Positions 47,660 through 57,324 of a stretch of 57,324 nt of DNA are shown here, in pieces. The translations under genes were made by a program, and so were the position numbers. The notes beneath the pieces were generated by a model. That model was not told the origin of the DNA, made no database searches, and worked only from the letters and a program-made list of their open reading frames with translations. Source of the DNA: Deltaproteobacteria bacterium (GTDB taxonomy: Bacteria; Desulfobacterota; Desulfarculia; Adiutricales; Adiutricaceae); the NCBI GenBank assembly GCA_031281735.1, contig JAITEZ010000075.1:1-57324 (forward strand), written 5' to 3'. Position 1 is the stretch's first letter. The number at the start of each line of letters is the position of its first letter.

Positions 47660-47870
47660 TGCGGCCCCCCGGCGGCTTCTCTTGTGCCCCGGGGGAGGCT
47701 CCCCCGCAGGGCTGCAGCCGGGTCTGCCCCCCCGCCGCCGAGGTACGGGGGGCGCACCCTGCCGGGAAGCGGGCGCCTTCCTCAGGGGGATCGTCGGCCA
47801 TCCCCCCCAGGCCTGCGGATCCGCCTTCGGCCGGGCGCCTGACCGCGCCGGGCGGGGGGGATCCTCCCTT

Positions 47871-50800
47871 TCAGTTGAGCCCGCTGACCATGTTTTCGGG
47901 CGAGAGGGAGAAGCCGGAGTCGAGCACCTCGCGCCAGGAGGTCAGGCGGCTGATGCTGACCGATTCCTCCGGGATGAAGATGGACGCGGTGCTGGCGTCC
48001 GGGGCCGAGGCGGAGACGGTCACCCCGGCGGAAGAGACCACCAAGAAGGTCTCGGAGGGCGCACCCTTGCCGGTGGTCACGGCCCCCGGTACCGCGGGGC
48101 TCGCGGCCGGCTTCTGCCCGGGCTGCGATTCCGCCGAGAAGAGCTTCAGGGTGGAAGGATCGGGAAGTCCGGTGAAAGTGTTCACCAGATACAGATAGCC
48201 GTCCCCATAATCGCCGCAGCTGGCCGCCCTGGGCTCGAACGTCGTGAAGGACATGAAGCTCCTGCCCCCTCCCGCTGCCACGATCTTGGGCTGGGTCAGC
48301 GACATCTCGAAGCTGTGCGGCTGCTTGGGGTAGAAGAGCGGGCCGATGGCGAGGGCCCGGCGGTAGCCTGCGGTGTTACCCGACCTGAGCTGGGCCTCGA
48401 TCTGGACGTAACTGACGGAGCCGTCCCCGGACGGCGTCAGGTTCGGCTGGGACGCGAGGCCGGTGACCTTGCCGTTCGCGAGCACCGTGGCCCCGGAGAC
48501 GTCCATGATCCTGTCGGCGTCGGGGGTGCGGTCAGCGAAGGTCATGAGGCCCTCCGGTCCCAGCTCCTCCTTGACGCCGTAGATGTACTGCCGGTGGTTG
48601 TCCCGGCACAGGGCGGTGTCCGCGGCCCCGCAGGGGGTCATGTCGTCCGCGCTCCAGAGCCTCCCGGTGCCGAAGACGACCCAGACGTTGCCGATGGTGT
48701 CGACTGCGGAGTTGACGGCGCCGGTCACGGGGCGGCCGGTGCTGAGGAGCCTGCGGAGCCGCCAGGAGGCCACCGGTAGGGGGCGGCCCTCGGTGTCCAC
48801 GGTCTGGAGGCGGTAGACGGCGCCGGAATCGGTGCAGAGCTTTCGGTCGCGGGAGACCGTGAGCCCGTAATAGAGGGCGTGGTTCGTCCAGGGGGACTCG
48901 CGGATCTGGGCGGCCGGGAGGAAGGGGTTGTTGAAGAAGGAGTTCCCCTCCTCCGCCGTCAGGAACCCCTGGGCGGAGTTGGCCTGGTGGGGGGCGCCGG
49001 TGGCGGCGTCCAGCACGATGAGCCTCGCCCTCTGGTAGCTGTGCCCCTGGTAGGGGGAGTCGGCCCCGAAGCGCACGTAGGCGGCGGCGCCCCCTCCGGC
49101 GGGCACGGGGGTGTCCGAGGCCGGGCCGGTGGGGAGTATCGCGTACCAGGCCCCCTCGTGGGATATGACCGCCGGCATGCCGGTCGTGAGCCCCAGTTCA
49201 CTGGTGCTGTAACGCCAGAGGAGCCTGGGGTCGCGCTCGGGGTCGGTGATGTCCAGGGCGAAGATCTCCGAGTAGAAGTGCTCGGAGCCGGCCGCCTGGG
49301 GATCCGGGGTCTCGATGGGCCGCCCCCCGAGCCTCAGGCCGCCCAGCAGGACGGTCCTCCACTCGCCGTCTATCTTGATGTCGTTTATGAGGGGTTTGAG
49401 ATCCACGTAGTAGGAATGGCCGTAGGCGGGGTCAGGGAGCCAGCGCAGGTGCGGGAGCAGGGACTGCGGTATGAACGCCCAGACCTCGGAGCCCCGCTCG
49501 TGGGGCTTGCCGGTCCCGTCGCTCTCCAGGAAGGCCATCTTCCCGTCCTTGAGGGTGGCGGGGAAGCCGACGTTCACGGCGTGGAGCATGCCGTCGTTGG
49601 CCCCGAAGTAGGCCATCTGCCTTCTCCCGGCCCAGGCCTCCCGGTAGGCGGTGTAGGATCGGTCGCCGTAGAGGGTGTCGTAGCCCACGGCGGGGCCTCC
49701 CACGAGGATCGGCTTGGAGTTGATGACGTCGCCGAGCCGCCAGACTACGGGCGTGCGGTCGTCGGTCCAGGGATCCCCCACGGTGCGGCCCCGCCACCCC
49801 GGGATCTCGATGCCGGCTATCCAGTCGACCAGGGCCTTGGCCGCCGCGGCCCTGTCCTGCGCCCCGGGCAGCGAGTCCCGGTAGTTGTCGTGGAGCATGA
49901 GCCGGGCGAGCTCGGGGAGCGACTCCGGGGCGTTGAATACCCCCAGCCCCGTCCCCGAGCCGGACGGCCTCCCGTACAGGATCCTGCGGCGGCCCCTGGC
50001 GAGGGTGGCGGCGGAGCCCTCCTCGCGCGGGCCGGCGGCGAGGCTGGCGGGATCCAGGTGGGCGAGCCAGTGCCCCGTGTCGAAGAGGGTGTCTATCCGG
50101 TGGACGTTCGCGGGGTGCCTGCGGCCGTCCGGCATGAGCTCCTGGCTGTTGTCGCCTATGGGGTCGAAGCAGCGGCTGATGAAGCTCCCGAACTCGTAGC
50201 AGGGGGGCGGCAGCACCGGGTGGTGGCTCAGGCTGTTGAAGGTCACGATGAGGTCCCCCAGGTCGCCGTCCTTGCCGTTGGCCATGGCGAGCTCGCCGTC
50301 GTGATCCGTGTCCTCCCTCAGGTTCCCCCACTTGTCGATGAAGAGCCCGTAGACCGAGCCGACCCACCTGAGCCTCTGGGAGGGGGAGCCGGGGTTGGTG
50401 TAGACCGGGTAGTAGAGGGTCTGGACTGACACCCCGCCGCCCCTCGTGGTGTCTATCGAGGCGGCGGTGGCGGTGGAGGTCGAGATGGATCTCGCTATCT
50501 CGCGGAAGATGGACTCCAGCCGGGACGGCAGCTCGGAGACGCGCGTGGCCTCGAAAAGGTTCGCGGGCAGCCCGTTCTCCCCCTCCCACTCCCCGGGGTC
50601 GGGCCGGCCGTTCCGGTCGTAGTCGGTGAATCCCCCGTACTTGGCGGCCAGGTTCATGGGGCTGGGCAGGTAGGTGCCGGCCCGGGAGGGATCGTGGGCG
50701 AACTCGAAGGTGCGCCACACCTTCTTGGAGACGTCGTCCCCCTTGCCCAGGGCCAGGGAGGTGCCGAACCTGGTGTTGCACTTGCTCCCGCTGGCGTCCG

Positions 50801-53657
50801 GGGCCCCGTAGCCGGCGGGCCAGTTGCACTCGGGCGGGGTGCCGTACTTGGCGATGCCGCCATGGTCGCCGATATCCATGTAGATGCCGTCGTGCGTGCT
50901 CCCGCTTATGCTGTATCCGGTCGTCATGGGCTTGTCGACCGAGGTCATGACCTTCCACTGGCCGACGATGAGCCCCGCCACTTCCCCGGGCTCGATCACG
51001 AAGGACCCGTCGTAGGGCGCCCGGAAGGCCCAGTAGGTGCCCCCCTTCACCTTCAGGGCCCCGGAGGTCCTGAGGCTGGGGTCGTCCGCCTCCTTCTTGA
51101 TGGCGGGATCCCTCTCCATGCGGTAGGAGACCCCGCCGGTCTTGGACGAGGGCGAGGCCGCGAGGAGTTCCAGGGTGTACTCGACCAGGAGGTCGGAGTC
51201 CCAGTTGGAGCCGCCGTAGGAGAAGTCGCGGCCCTGGGAGGCGTCCTCGAAGTTGACCCGGACCACCACGCGGTATGGCGTGCCGCGGGAGTCGGTCTGC
51301 CAGTCGATGATGTAGTAGTTGAGGAACCCGATGAGGCGGTTGTAGGTCGTGTAGGGGTCGCGGTTGCTCATGGAGGTGGGCATGAGCGAGATGTTGCGCT
51401 CCGGCTTGCCGGAGGCGCCGTAGACGGGGAAGGCCAGCGGCGGGAAGCTGGGGGTGAGGGTCAGCACGTAGATGTCCAGCGGCTGCTCCTCGGAGTCCGG
51501 CGGCGAGAAGGAGTGGGTGCGGGCGTAGTAGGCCACGGCGGCGGCGCTGTAGGTCCCCTCGAAGGAGGGGAGGTTGGGGCAGAGGCCCAGCACGTCGTTC
51601 AGCGACGAGAGCCTCTTGGGCGTGCAGTCGCCCCAGATTTCGTTGCTCTCGTCGTAAGGGGCCTTGTTGGGGTTGCGGTAGGGCTCCGCGGCGTAGTAGT
51701 AGTTCCTGCCGTCGTGGGCGTACCCCTCGATGCCGGTGATCAGATCGAGGTACCGCGCCATGTCGAAGGCGTCCGGGAGGCCAGCGGCGACGGCCTGCGG
51801 GAGCGAGGACAGCGGGGGCGCCCTGAGCCCTCCGGGCACGTTCACGGCGGTGTCGCCGTCGTAGTCGGCCTCCGCCTCGGCGATGAGGATGATGACGGGC
51901 TTGGCGCACTCGGCCGAGGCGACGGGGGGCAGGGACTTCCACTGCGTGTAATAGGTGGCCGAGATCTCGGGGTGGTATTTGGTCTCCTTCTTGACCGGCA
52001 CGAAGTCGGCCGTGGGCTCCACGGTGGGGGGGCGGGAGGGGTCCTCGGAGATGCGCGAGAAGTAGCGCACACCCTCGTAGAGGAGCTCGCCCACGGGGTT
52101 GCCCCAGGACGCGGCCGTGAGGTAGACGCCGCCGTAGGTCGGGCTCTCGGCAATGATGAGGGAGTCGATGTTGCGGATGAGCCCCCCCTCTATGAACTGG
52201 CCCGTCTCGGGGTTGATGGCCCCCGAGAGGTCCCCCATGTGGTTGCGCAGCACCCCGCCCTTGCGGCGGGTGTCCTGGCCGGGCCCGTCGTCCCCCTTGT
52301 AGGCCGTCCGCAGGTAGTCGTAGGAGCCTGTCAGGAGTCCGAAGAGCATCTGCCCGCTCTCCCCGTTCTGCTGGAGGAGGCCGGAGGGCTTGAGGTTCCC
52401 GTTGGGGTAGGCCCGGCAGTTCTCGCCCGGGGCGGGGCTGTCCCTGTCGCAGACGTTCACGTGGATGGTGAGGGACCTGATGAGCCCCTGGCTGCGCGAG
52501 GTGGGCCTGAGCGCGTAGAGGGTGGAGGGGTTGGGGGCCTGGTTGAGCACCCAGTCGAAGTAGCGCCCCGCGCTGCCGGTGAGGTTGATGTCGGGATCGA
52601 AGATGTTGTAATACTTAGGATCCTTGGGATCAAGCAGGTAGGAGTCGTTGGCGTCCAGGATGAACTCCACCACCGGGAAGTGGAGAACGTAGTCGTTGAG
52701 CGACTTGTTGCGTGTCCGCGCGAAGAAGTGCGCGGAGCCCCTCTTGGGCTTTGGGAAGGGCGTGTACCTGGAGATGTCGTAGTAGTTGGTGAGCTCGGTC
52801 TCGGAGGCCCAGCGGTCGTCGGAGAGGACGTCCGTCCCCCAGGTGTGGGCGTCGCGGGGCACGAGCGAGCTCTGGAGCTGGGTGACGCCCGTGCCGGGGA
52901 GCGGCTTGCCCTTCTTGTCGGTCCTCGTCACGTTCTCGTCAAGCCTGCGGTAGCCGCCGTAGAGCACCTTGCGGACGACGTCCATCCGGGTCGTCGTGAC
53001 GTAGTTGAGCCAGTTGCCGGAATAGTTCCCCCCAACTTCGGAATGGGGCTTCTGGCAGATGCCGATCCTCTCGCCCGTGGCGTAGTGGGCCGCCCGGGCC
53101 GCCTTGATCCCCCTGGCCTTGACCTGCTCCGGGCGCGCGTCGTCCAGCGCCTGCTGGGGATCGTCCTCGAGGGTGGGTCCCGTCCTCACGAAGTACTCGT
53201 TGATGTCGCCGAACTCCCGGTACTTGTCGATGGAACCCACGTAACGGTAGCAGGAGGCGCTGTCGAAGTAGCCGTAGTAGGGCACCGAGGGGTTGAAGCC
53301 GGTGTCCGGCCTGCCGTCCCGGTCCATGTCGGTGAAGCCGTTGTAGGCCTGCTGGTGGAGCTTGTGGTCCTTGGAGAAAACGAGGAGCACGCGGGGCACC
53401 GTGCGCCCGGTGCTGGTGACGGGGCTGTTGTTGTAGTTGAGGCCGTCGGGGGAGGACGCGGCGAGCGCGTGCGGCCCCGCCGCGGCGGCGGCGAGGGCCG
53501 CGAGGAGCATCCCCGCGGCGCCGATCGGCCCCGCGGCGCGGCGGGGCCCGGCGGCCGGAATGTGGCGCGGGAGGGGCCCGCGGACGGGGGAGGGCCGCGC
53601 GCCGGCAGAGTTTCCGCTCATCTGATCGCCTCTCGTCATGTGATCGCCTCTCGTCAT
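47871..53657 (-). CDS. pilY1: Giant PilY1-like type IV pilus tip adhesin/biogenesis protein (1928 aa at the longest start)
   Basis: Signal peptide (MLLAALAAAAAGPHALAAS). N-terminal PilY1-type region (PRVLLVFSKDHKLHQQAY, SGNWLNYVTT, KPSGLLQQNGE...FGLLTGSY, WGNPVGELLYEGVRYF). C-terminal PilC/PilY1 beta-propeller motifs (YFGANDGMLHAVN, EVWAFIPQSLLPHLRWL, YYVDLKP...WRTVLLGGLRLGGR). The real start is probably ATG 53639 or 53621, each preceded by GAGAGG. Confidence 0.85.
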   Translation of the reverse strand: MTRGDHMTRGDQMSGNSAGARPSPVRGPLPRHIPAAGPRRAAGPIGAAGMLLAALAAAAAGPHALAASSPDGLNYNNSPVTSTGRTVPRVLLVFSKDHKLHQQAYNGFTDMDRDGRPDTGFNPSVPYYGYFDSASCYRYVGSIDKYREFGDINEYFVRTGPTLEDDPQQALDDARPEQVKARGIKAARAAHYATGERIGICQKPHSEVGGNYSGNWLNYVTTTRMDVVRKVLYGGYRRLDENVTRTDKKGKPLPGTGVTQLQSSLVPRDAHTWGTDVLSDDRWASETELTNYYDISRYTPFPKPKRGSAHFFARTRNKSLNDYVLHFPVVEFILDANDSYLLDPKDPKYYNIFDPDINLTGSAGRYFDWVLNQAPNPSTLYALRPTSRSQGLIRSLTIHVNVCDRDSPAPGENCRAYPNGNLKPSGLLQQNGESGQMLFGLLTGSYDYLRTAYKGDDGPGQDTRRKGGVLRNHMGDLSGAINPETGQFIEGGLIRNIDSLIIAESPTYGGVYLTAASWGNPVGELLYEGVRYFSRISEDPSRPPTVEPTADFVPVKKETKYHPEISATYYTQWKSLPPVASAECAKPVIILIAEAEADYDGDTAVNVPGGLRAPPLSSLPQAVAAGLPDAFDMARYLDLITGIEGYAHDGRNYYYAAEPYRNPNKAPYDESNEIWGDCTPKRLSSLNDVLGLCPNLPSFEGTYSAAAVAYYARTHSFSPPDSEEQPLDIYVLTLTPSFPPLAFPVYGASGKPERNISLMPTSMSNRDPYTTYNRLIGFLNYYIIDWQTDSRGTPYRVVVRVNFEDASQGRDFSYGGSNWDSDLLVEYTLELLAASPSSKTGGVSYRMERDPAIKKEADDPSLRTSGALKVKGGTYWAFRAPYDGSFVIEPGEVAGLIVGQWKVMTSVDKPMTTGYSISGSTHDGIYMDIGDHGGIAKYGTPPECNWPAGYGAPDASGSKCNTRFGTSLALGKGDDVSKKVWRTFEFAHDPSRAGTYLPSPMNLAAKYGGFTDYDRNGRPDPGEWEGENGLPANLFEATRVSELPSRLESIFREIARSISTSTATAASIDTTRGGGVSVQTLYYPVYTNPGSPSQRLRWVGSVYGLFIDKWGNLREDTDHDGELAMANGKDGDLGDLIVTFNSLSHHPVLPPPCYEFGSFISRCFDPIGDNSQELMPDGRRHPANVHRIDTLFDTGHWLAHLDPASLAAGPREEGSAATLARGRRRILYGRPSGSGTGLGVFNAPESLPELARLMLHDNYRDSLPGAQDRAAAAKALVDWIAGIEIPGWRGRTVGDPWTDDRTPVVWRLGDVINSKPILVGGPAVGYDTLYGDRSYTAYREAWAGRRQMAYFGANDGMLHAVNVGFPATLKDGKMAFLESDGTGKPHERGSEVWAFIPQSLLPHLRWLPDPAYGHSYYVDLKPLINDIKIDGEWRTVLLGGLRLGGRPIETPDPQAAGSEHFYSEIFALDITDPERDPRLLWRYSTSELGLTTGMPAVISHEGAWYAILPTGPASDTPVPAGGGAAAYVRFGADSPYQGHSYQRARLIVLDAATGAPHQANSAQGFLTAEEGNSFFNNPFLPAAQIRESPWTNHALYYGLTVSRDRKLCTDSGAVYRLQTVDTEGRPLPVASWRLRRLLSTGRPVTGAVNSAVDTIGNVWVVFGTGRLWSADDMTPCGAADTALCRDNHRQYIYGVKEELGPEGLMTFADRTPDADRIMDVSGATVLANGKVTGLASQPNLTPSGDGSVSYVQIEAQLRSGNTAGYRRALAIGPLFYPKQPHSFEMSLTQPKIVAAGGGRSFMSFTTFEPRAASCGDYGDGYLYLVNTFTGLPDPSTLKLFSAESQPGQKPAASPAVPGAVTTGKGAPSETFLVVSSAGVTVSASAPDASTASIFIPEESVSISRLTSWREVLDSGFSLSPENMVSGLN
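53622..53657 (-). repeat. 18-nt tandem duplication at the pilY1 start, duplicating an SD-plus-ATG unit
   Basis: On the minus strand, ATGACGAGAGGCGATCAC is followed by ATGACGAGAGGCGATCAG and then ATG. This gives MTRGDH-MTRGDQ-M with three in-frame ATGs 18 nt apart. Confidence 0.9.
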
Positions 53658-53944
53658 GCTGTCGCCGCCGCGCAGGCCCGTGGAAGGGCGCAGTGCTAGC
53701 GAGGCCTTGCCCGGGAGGCGCGCGGCGCGGACGCCGGATCGCCATCCGTCAGGAAAGGTCAGGATGAATCATGCTGGGAAGGTCAGGCAGCTCCCGGTTT
53801 TCTCGTGCCGTCGCCCGCTCGGACTGCCGGGTGCACTTAACCGTTTTTACATGGAAGCGGGAGGGGGGTAATTGTCCGGAATGAAAAACCTGTGGATGCC
53901 GGGAGCCGTTGAGAAGGGTGCCGGAGGCAAAATATCTATCGCCA

Positions 53945-53962
53945 TTGATACATAAGTATCAA
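53945..53962. promoter_or_regulatory. Perfect palindrome TTGATAC-ATAA-GTATCAA in a local AT-rich patch about 290 nt upstream of pilY1 (operator/promoter candidate)
   Basis: 7-bp inverted repeat with a 4-nt spacer. On the + strand TTGATA is followed 18 nt later by TATGAT (53969-53974). On the - strand TTGATA is followed 18 nt later by TAGATA. Confidence 0.4.
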
Positions 53963-54849
53963 AATTAGTATGATTGTTTCTGAGGGGCTGAAGGTTGCGC
54001 CCGCCCCGGCCGCCCGCATGAGTCATGTCTGGCGGGGTTTGGGCCGGAACCTGCCCGGCAGGCTTCGGCCGTCCCCCCGCGGCCTTGCCGTGAAGTCCAT
54101 GACCGGGGCCGTCCCGGCCAGTGCCGCGAACAGCAGGCCATGCCGCGAATCCGGCGAGGCGCCGCCGTCCCTGCGCGGACAGCGGGAGGCGCGCGGGGCC
54201 GCTCGGTGGCGGCACTCGCGCCGGCGGGGCCGTCCTGCCTGGGCGGGTTCCCGTTTCCCGCGCGGCGCGCCGGAAGGCCGGGGGGAACCGGGTGGAGGTT
54301 GCGCGTCCCTCCCGCGCAATCGGCGGGAAGCGGACACGGGGGCCTGTTCCGGGAACCAGTACGCGGAGCATGCTCCCGGCGCCGCCGGGGACGGGCGGGG
54401 ACAGGGCGCGGTCCGGGGCGGGGCGAACCGCCCCGCCGGGCGCGGGGGCGGCGCCGTCATGTGGCGTACGCGGGAGCCGGGAGTATCCCGGACTGGCTGT
54501 CGGGTTCCGTCCGCCACTCGGGCCGCGCGGCACGACGTCGGCGCCCGCGGTGCAAGGTCGGCATCGGCCGCGGCCGCCCGATGCCCTCGGGAGCGCGGAC
54601 AGCCAACGCCGCGGCTGTCCCGGAAGTGACACGTTCCGGCGCCGGAGATCTGGCCGGGGGCCGCAGCGGGGCAGGCACAAGTGAGTGATCCCGGTCCATC
54701 GCTGGAAATGGGGCGCGGCAGGCCAGGCGCGGCCCGGCCCTGCCAAGGAGGAGCTGCGGGTCGGCGGCATGCGGCCAGGAGCTTCAGGAGTGATAAGCTC
54801 CCCCCAACCGACGCTACGCGTTAGAGGAGGGGCTTCCCGTTCAAGGCGT

Positions 54850-56170
54850 CTCGGGCCCGCCGGATCCACGTCCCCGCGTATCCTGCGGCCCCGTCCCCCG
54901 GGGAGGCCCGGCAGACGGGGCCCCTCCCTCCTGACATTCAAGGCGGCGTCCCAGTCCCCGTCCAGGATCTGCCGCAGTCCACGCAGGCAAATTCCCGTTC
55001 GGACGGGCCGGGGGAATCCCTCGCGTGGCCGCGCCGGGAGCGGGTCTTGCCCGGCGGGGGGATCTGGCGTTCACGACCGGCCTCTTCCCCTGTTCCCTCA
55101 GCCTGTAACCGGGCATCCGGACGGGCATGCCCCGGCCCCGCCGCCCGCGCTCCTGCCGGAGTTGAGCGCCCTGGCGAGGCCCTGCATGTACAGATCCCCG
55201 ATCGCCGCCGCGCCGCGGGCCTTGGCCGCCGGCCGCGACGGCCTGTGCAGGAAGTCCTTCACCTGCCGGGCGATCCGGCCGCGCGCCCGCGCGACCCTCC
55301 TGCGCTGCCTCTCCCTGTTCCCGCCCCTTCCCGCAGGGCGGGAGCCTCCTCTGCTCCCGGGCGAGCCTCTTCTGAGCCTTCCGGCACGCCCTGGGCGATC
55401 CGGCCCGGTTCCCGTCCGAGTCCGCGCAAGGCCCGGGCACGGGGTAATCCGGGCCGGGCACGGTCCCGGTATCGATCGGCTCCTCCCGGGGCGCCTCAGG
55501 GAACCCGGACAGGATCGGGGCGAGAAACCGCCCTTCCGGGTCGCATACCACGGAGACCGGCTTCAGACGCCATCCCTCGGGGATCTCCCGTTGCCGTACG
55601 ATGCGCGCGGCGCCCGGCCCGGGGAGTTCCAGATGCCTTTCGCCCGGGAACGCCATGTTTGTCCCGATGAGGTCCGTGGCATGGCTCGGCCGGCCCCTGT
55701 GCCTGCTCTTGCAGTTAGCCGCCCCTGAAAAATCCCATAACCTCTGCATTTTCATCGGTAAATTGGAATCAGGGCAAGTGGCTATGGCATTTTATCCTGG
55801 AGGCCGTCGATGCCGCGGATTGATGCGCTCTCGTAAATCAGCCATTGAAAATAATAAACAATATGCAATAGTGATAAAAAAACATTGACATTAGGCGCCC
55901 TGGATGATATGATGTGTCCGTCAAGGGATTTATGCCGCATCTAAAAAGGTCGAGGAACGATAAATCATTCTCCACAGATCCCAGGCATGAAGCCGCTCTG
56001 CCAGTTCCACGTTGGGTGAAGTGCCTGACCGGCAGAATCCGTTGATCGCGATTTCCAGGGCAATGGGCTGGGATCGGCTGGAACGGCGGTTGTCCCGGTT
56101 CCCCAACGCCAGGATCGGGCGTCCAGCGTTGCCTGTACGGCCGATGGCCGGATGATTATTGCCCCGGCGC
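54850..56170 (-). pseudogene. tnpB: IS200/IS605-family tnpB (orfB) pseudogene with multiple frameshifts
   Basis: Manual translation of the minus strand gives TnpB blocks spread over at least three frames: RIVRQREIPEGWRLKPVSVVCDPEGRF; RKAQKRLAREQRRL, then a shift to NRERQRRRVARARGRIARQVKDFLHRPSR...AIGDLYMQGLAR; LREQGKRPVVNARSP; EFACVDCG, then a shift to LDGDWDAALNV. The extent upstream of 55760 is tentative. Confidence 0.65.
55885..55913 (+). promoter_or_regulatory. Near-consensus sigma70 promoter inside and antisense to the tnpB remnant
   Basis: TTGACA (55885-55890), a 17-nt spacer, then TATGAT (55908-55913), preceded by an A-rich tract. Confidence 0.45.
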
Positions 56171-57324
56171 ATGCACCAACGGTGGGAAGACGGTCAATCA
56201 CGGGAGGGAAACTTGCGTTTCCAGGCGTTCACAGGAAGCCCCCGCTTCCCCCTGTCGCAACCATGTCGCCAGCCCATGATGACGCTTTCCAGGAAGAGGA
56301 TTCGGAAAGGGAGGATGTGAAATCATCCTCAGGGAGGCGGAGAGGATCAGCTGAGAGGCCGGCAAGGGGAAACTGTCATGGCAGGCAAGACTTTGCAGGA
56401 GAAGGGCATAACCTGTCCCGCAGACACGGAGCCGGTTCTGGCAGCCGTGGGACACATGCCAGGAATTGCCAGCTTCCCCGGTATCCGCTTCAGGAAAAAG
56501 TTCGGCGCGGAAAGCAAGTCGGCGGAGGCGGAGATTTATCTTGACGGGAAAGCCATGTCTCCCGCTGCCCGTCACTCTGCCGTGGGCGGGCTCAGGGCTG
56601 TCGCGAAAACCATCCTCCAGGAACCTGCAGTGGGGCACCCGTGCCGTCTCTGGCATCAGGTGAGATCCAGAACCCTTGAAACCTCCAGAAAAGCCGGCAA
56701 ACGGGTACGCGGCGGCCGCGGCAGGGTGCGGCATCCGTGAGCCCCGGACCCAGAGCACCGCAAACCAAGGGCTCATAGGAAACACGGGGCCGGAACTGAG
56801 GCATCATTTGCGCCTTCCCTGGCCAAGGGGATGATCACGGCGGCAGTCAACCTCAGGAACAACCGTCACGACGGCGGTGCCGCCGGGCCAGCGATAAACC
56901 AGACGAGCACGGCCTTCGACGGTTAAGGACCTGGGCATGCTGCTGGCGATCGCGGGCGCAAGGGGCGCCGCGAAGTAGCCGGTGTAAAAATGTCGACCCC
57001 TTGCGATCATGTGAAAGAGACGGGCGCAAAAAACAGAGAAGTGGATCAGGGAACTCATTGGCCCATGAGTCGCCGCAGAGCCGATCACTGGACATTTCGA
57101 ATCCGGTCACAGGCTATGCCGGAATCATCTCAGGGGCACTGCTGGGGATGATTATGATTCATCCCATACTGGCTTCCGCAGGTATTAATCCCCTGAGGTA
57201 TGCAAGAATCGGATGCGTTCGTCTTTGTGAACCTCCCAAAACGTATGCCGGTCTTAGCCGACGCAAAAGACACGGGTTTATCGGCCTTCCTATCATGGGG
57301 GACTGAACCACCCACTCCGTTTTG

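Noticed and set aside
56804-57088. A minus-strand ORF whose C-terminus (GRARLVYRWPGGTAVVTVVPEV) faintly resembles RelE/ParE/HigB-type toxins. The neighbouring + ORF 56378..56740 has a good SD.
   Set aside because: The resemblance is too weak to call by eye. I found no partner antitoxin and no family motifs. I left both unannotated and flagged the region in the findings.

Overview
Very GC-rich bacterial chromosomal window, roughly two-thirds to three-quarters G+C by eye. Gene content points to a Desulfovibrio-like sulfate reducer: a 148-aa flavodoxin closely resembling the Desulfovibrio vulgaris protein, cytochrome bd oxidase, and a complex I operon lacking nuoEFG. This assignment is an inference. 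Order of features, left to right: rpoB and rpoC; a small Cys-containing membrane protein; a SPOR/OmpA-like envelope protein; a hypothetical protein; an AI-2E family transporter; an SGNH/GDSL hydrolase. Next comes a sensory block: a tandem DUF3798/periplasmic-binding-protein-like protein, a hybrid Cache histidine kinase and a REC-HD-GYP regulator. Then a phosphofructokinase (-), cydAB, a 2.6-kb stretch with no credible ORF, an ISAzo13-type transposase (-) and flavodoxin (-). After a 2-kb ORF-less stretch comes a 13-gene complex I-like operon: nuoABCDHIJK, an MrpD-like subunit, a 97-aa membrane protein, an MrpA/NuoL-like subunit, then nuoM and nuoN. The window ends with a convergent 1928-aa PilY1-like gene (-), a frameshifted IS605-type tnpB pseudogene (-) and a lower-GC tail of unclear content. 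I recognised no rRNA, tRNA or CRISPR array. Things the gene list does not explain: (1) four almost pure A/T islands of 62-119 nt, each at the head of a long GC-rich ORF-less stretch; (2) an AT-hook-like motif in a C-terminal extension of RpoB; (3) intrinsic terminators with no gene upstream; (4) several exact short tandem or dispersed repeats in leaders and convergent intergenic DNA; (5) a complex I with four antiporter-like subunits and no NuoEFG. All homology calls come from motif recognition by eye and none were verified by search. The many long R/P/G/A-rich ORFs in the track are shadow ORFs expected in high-GC DNA, and I did not call them.
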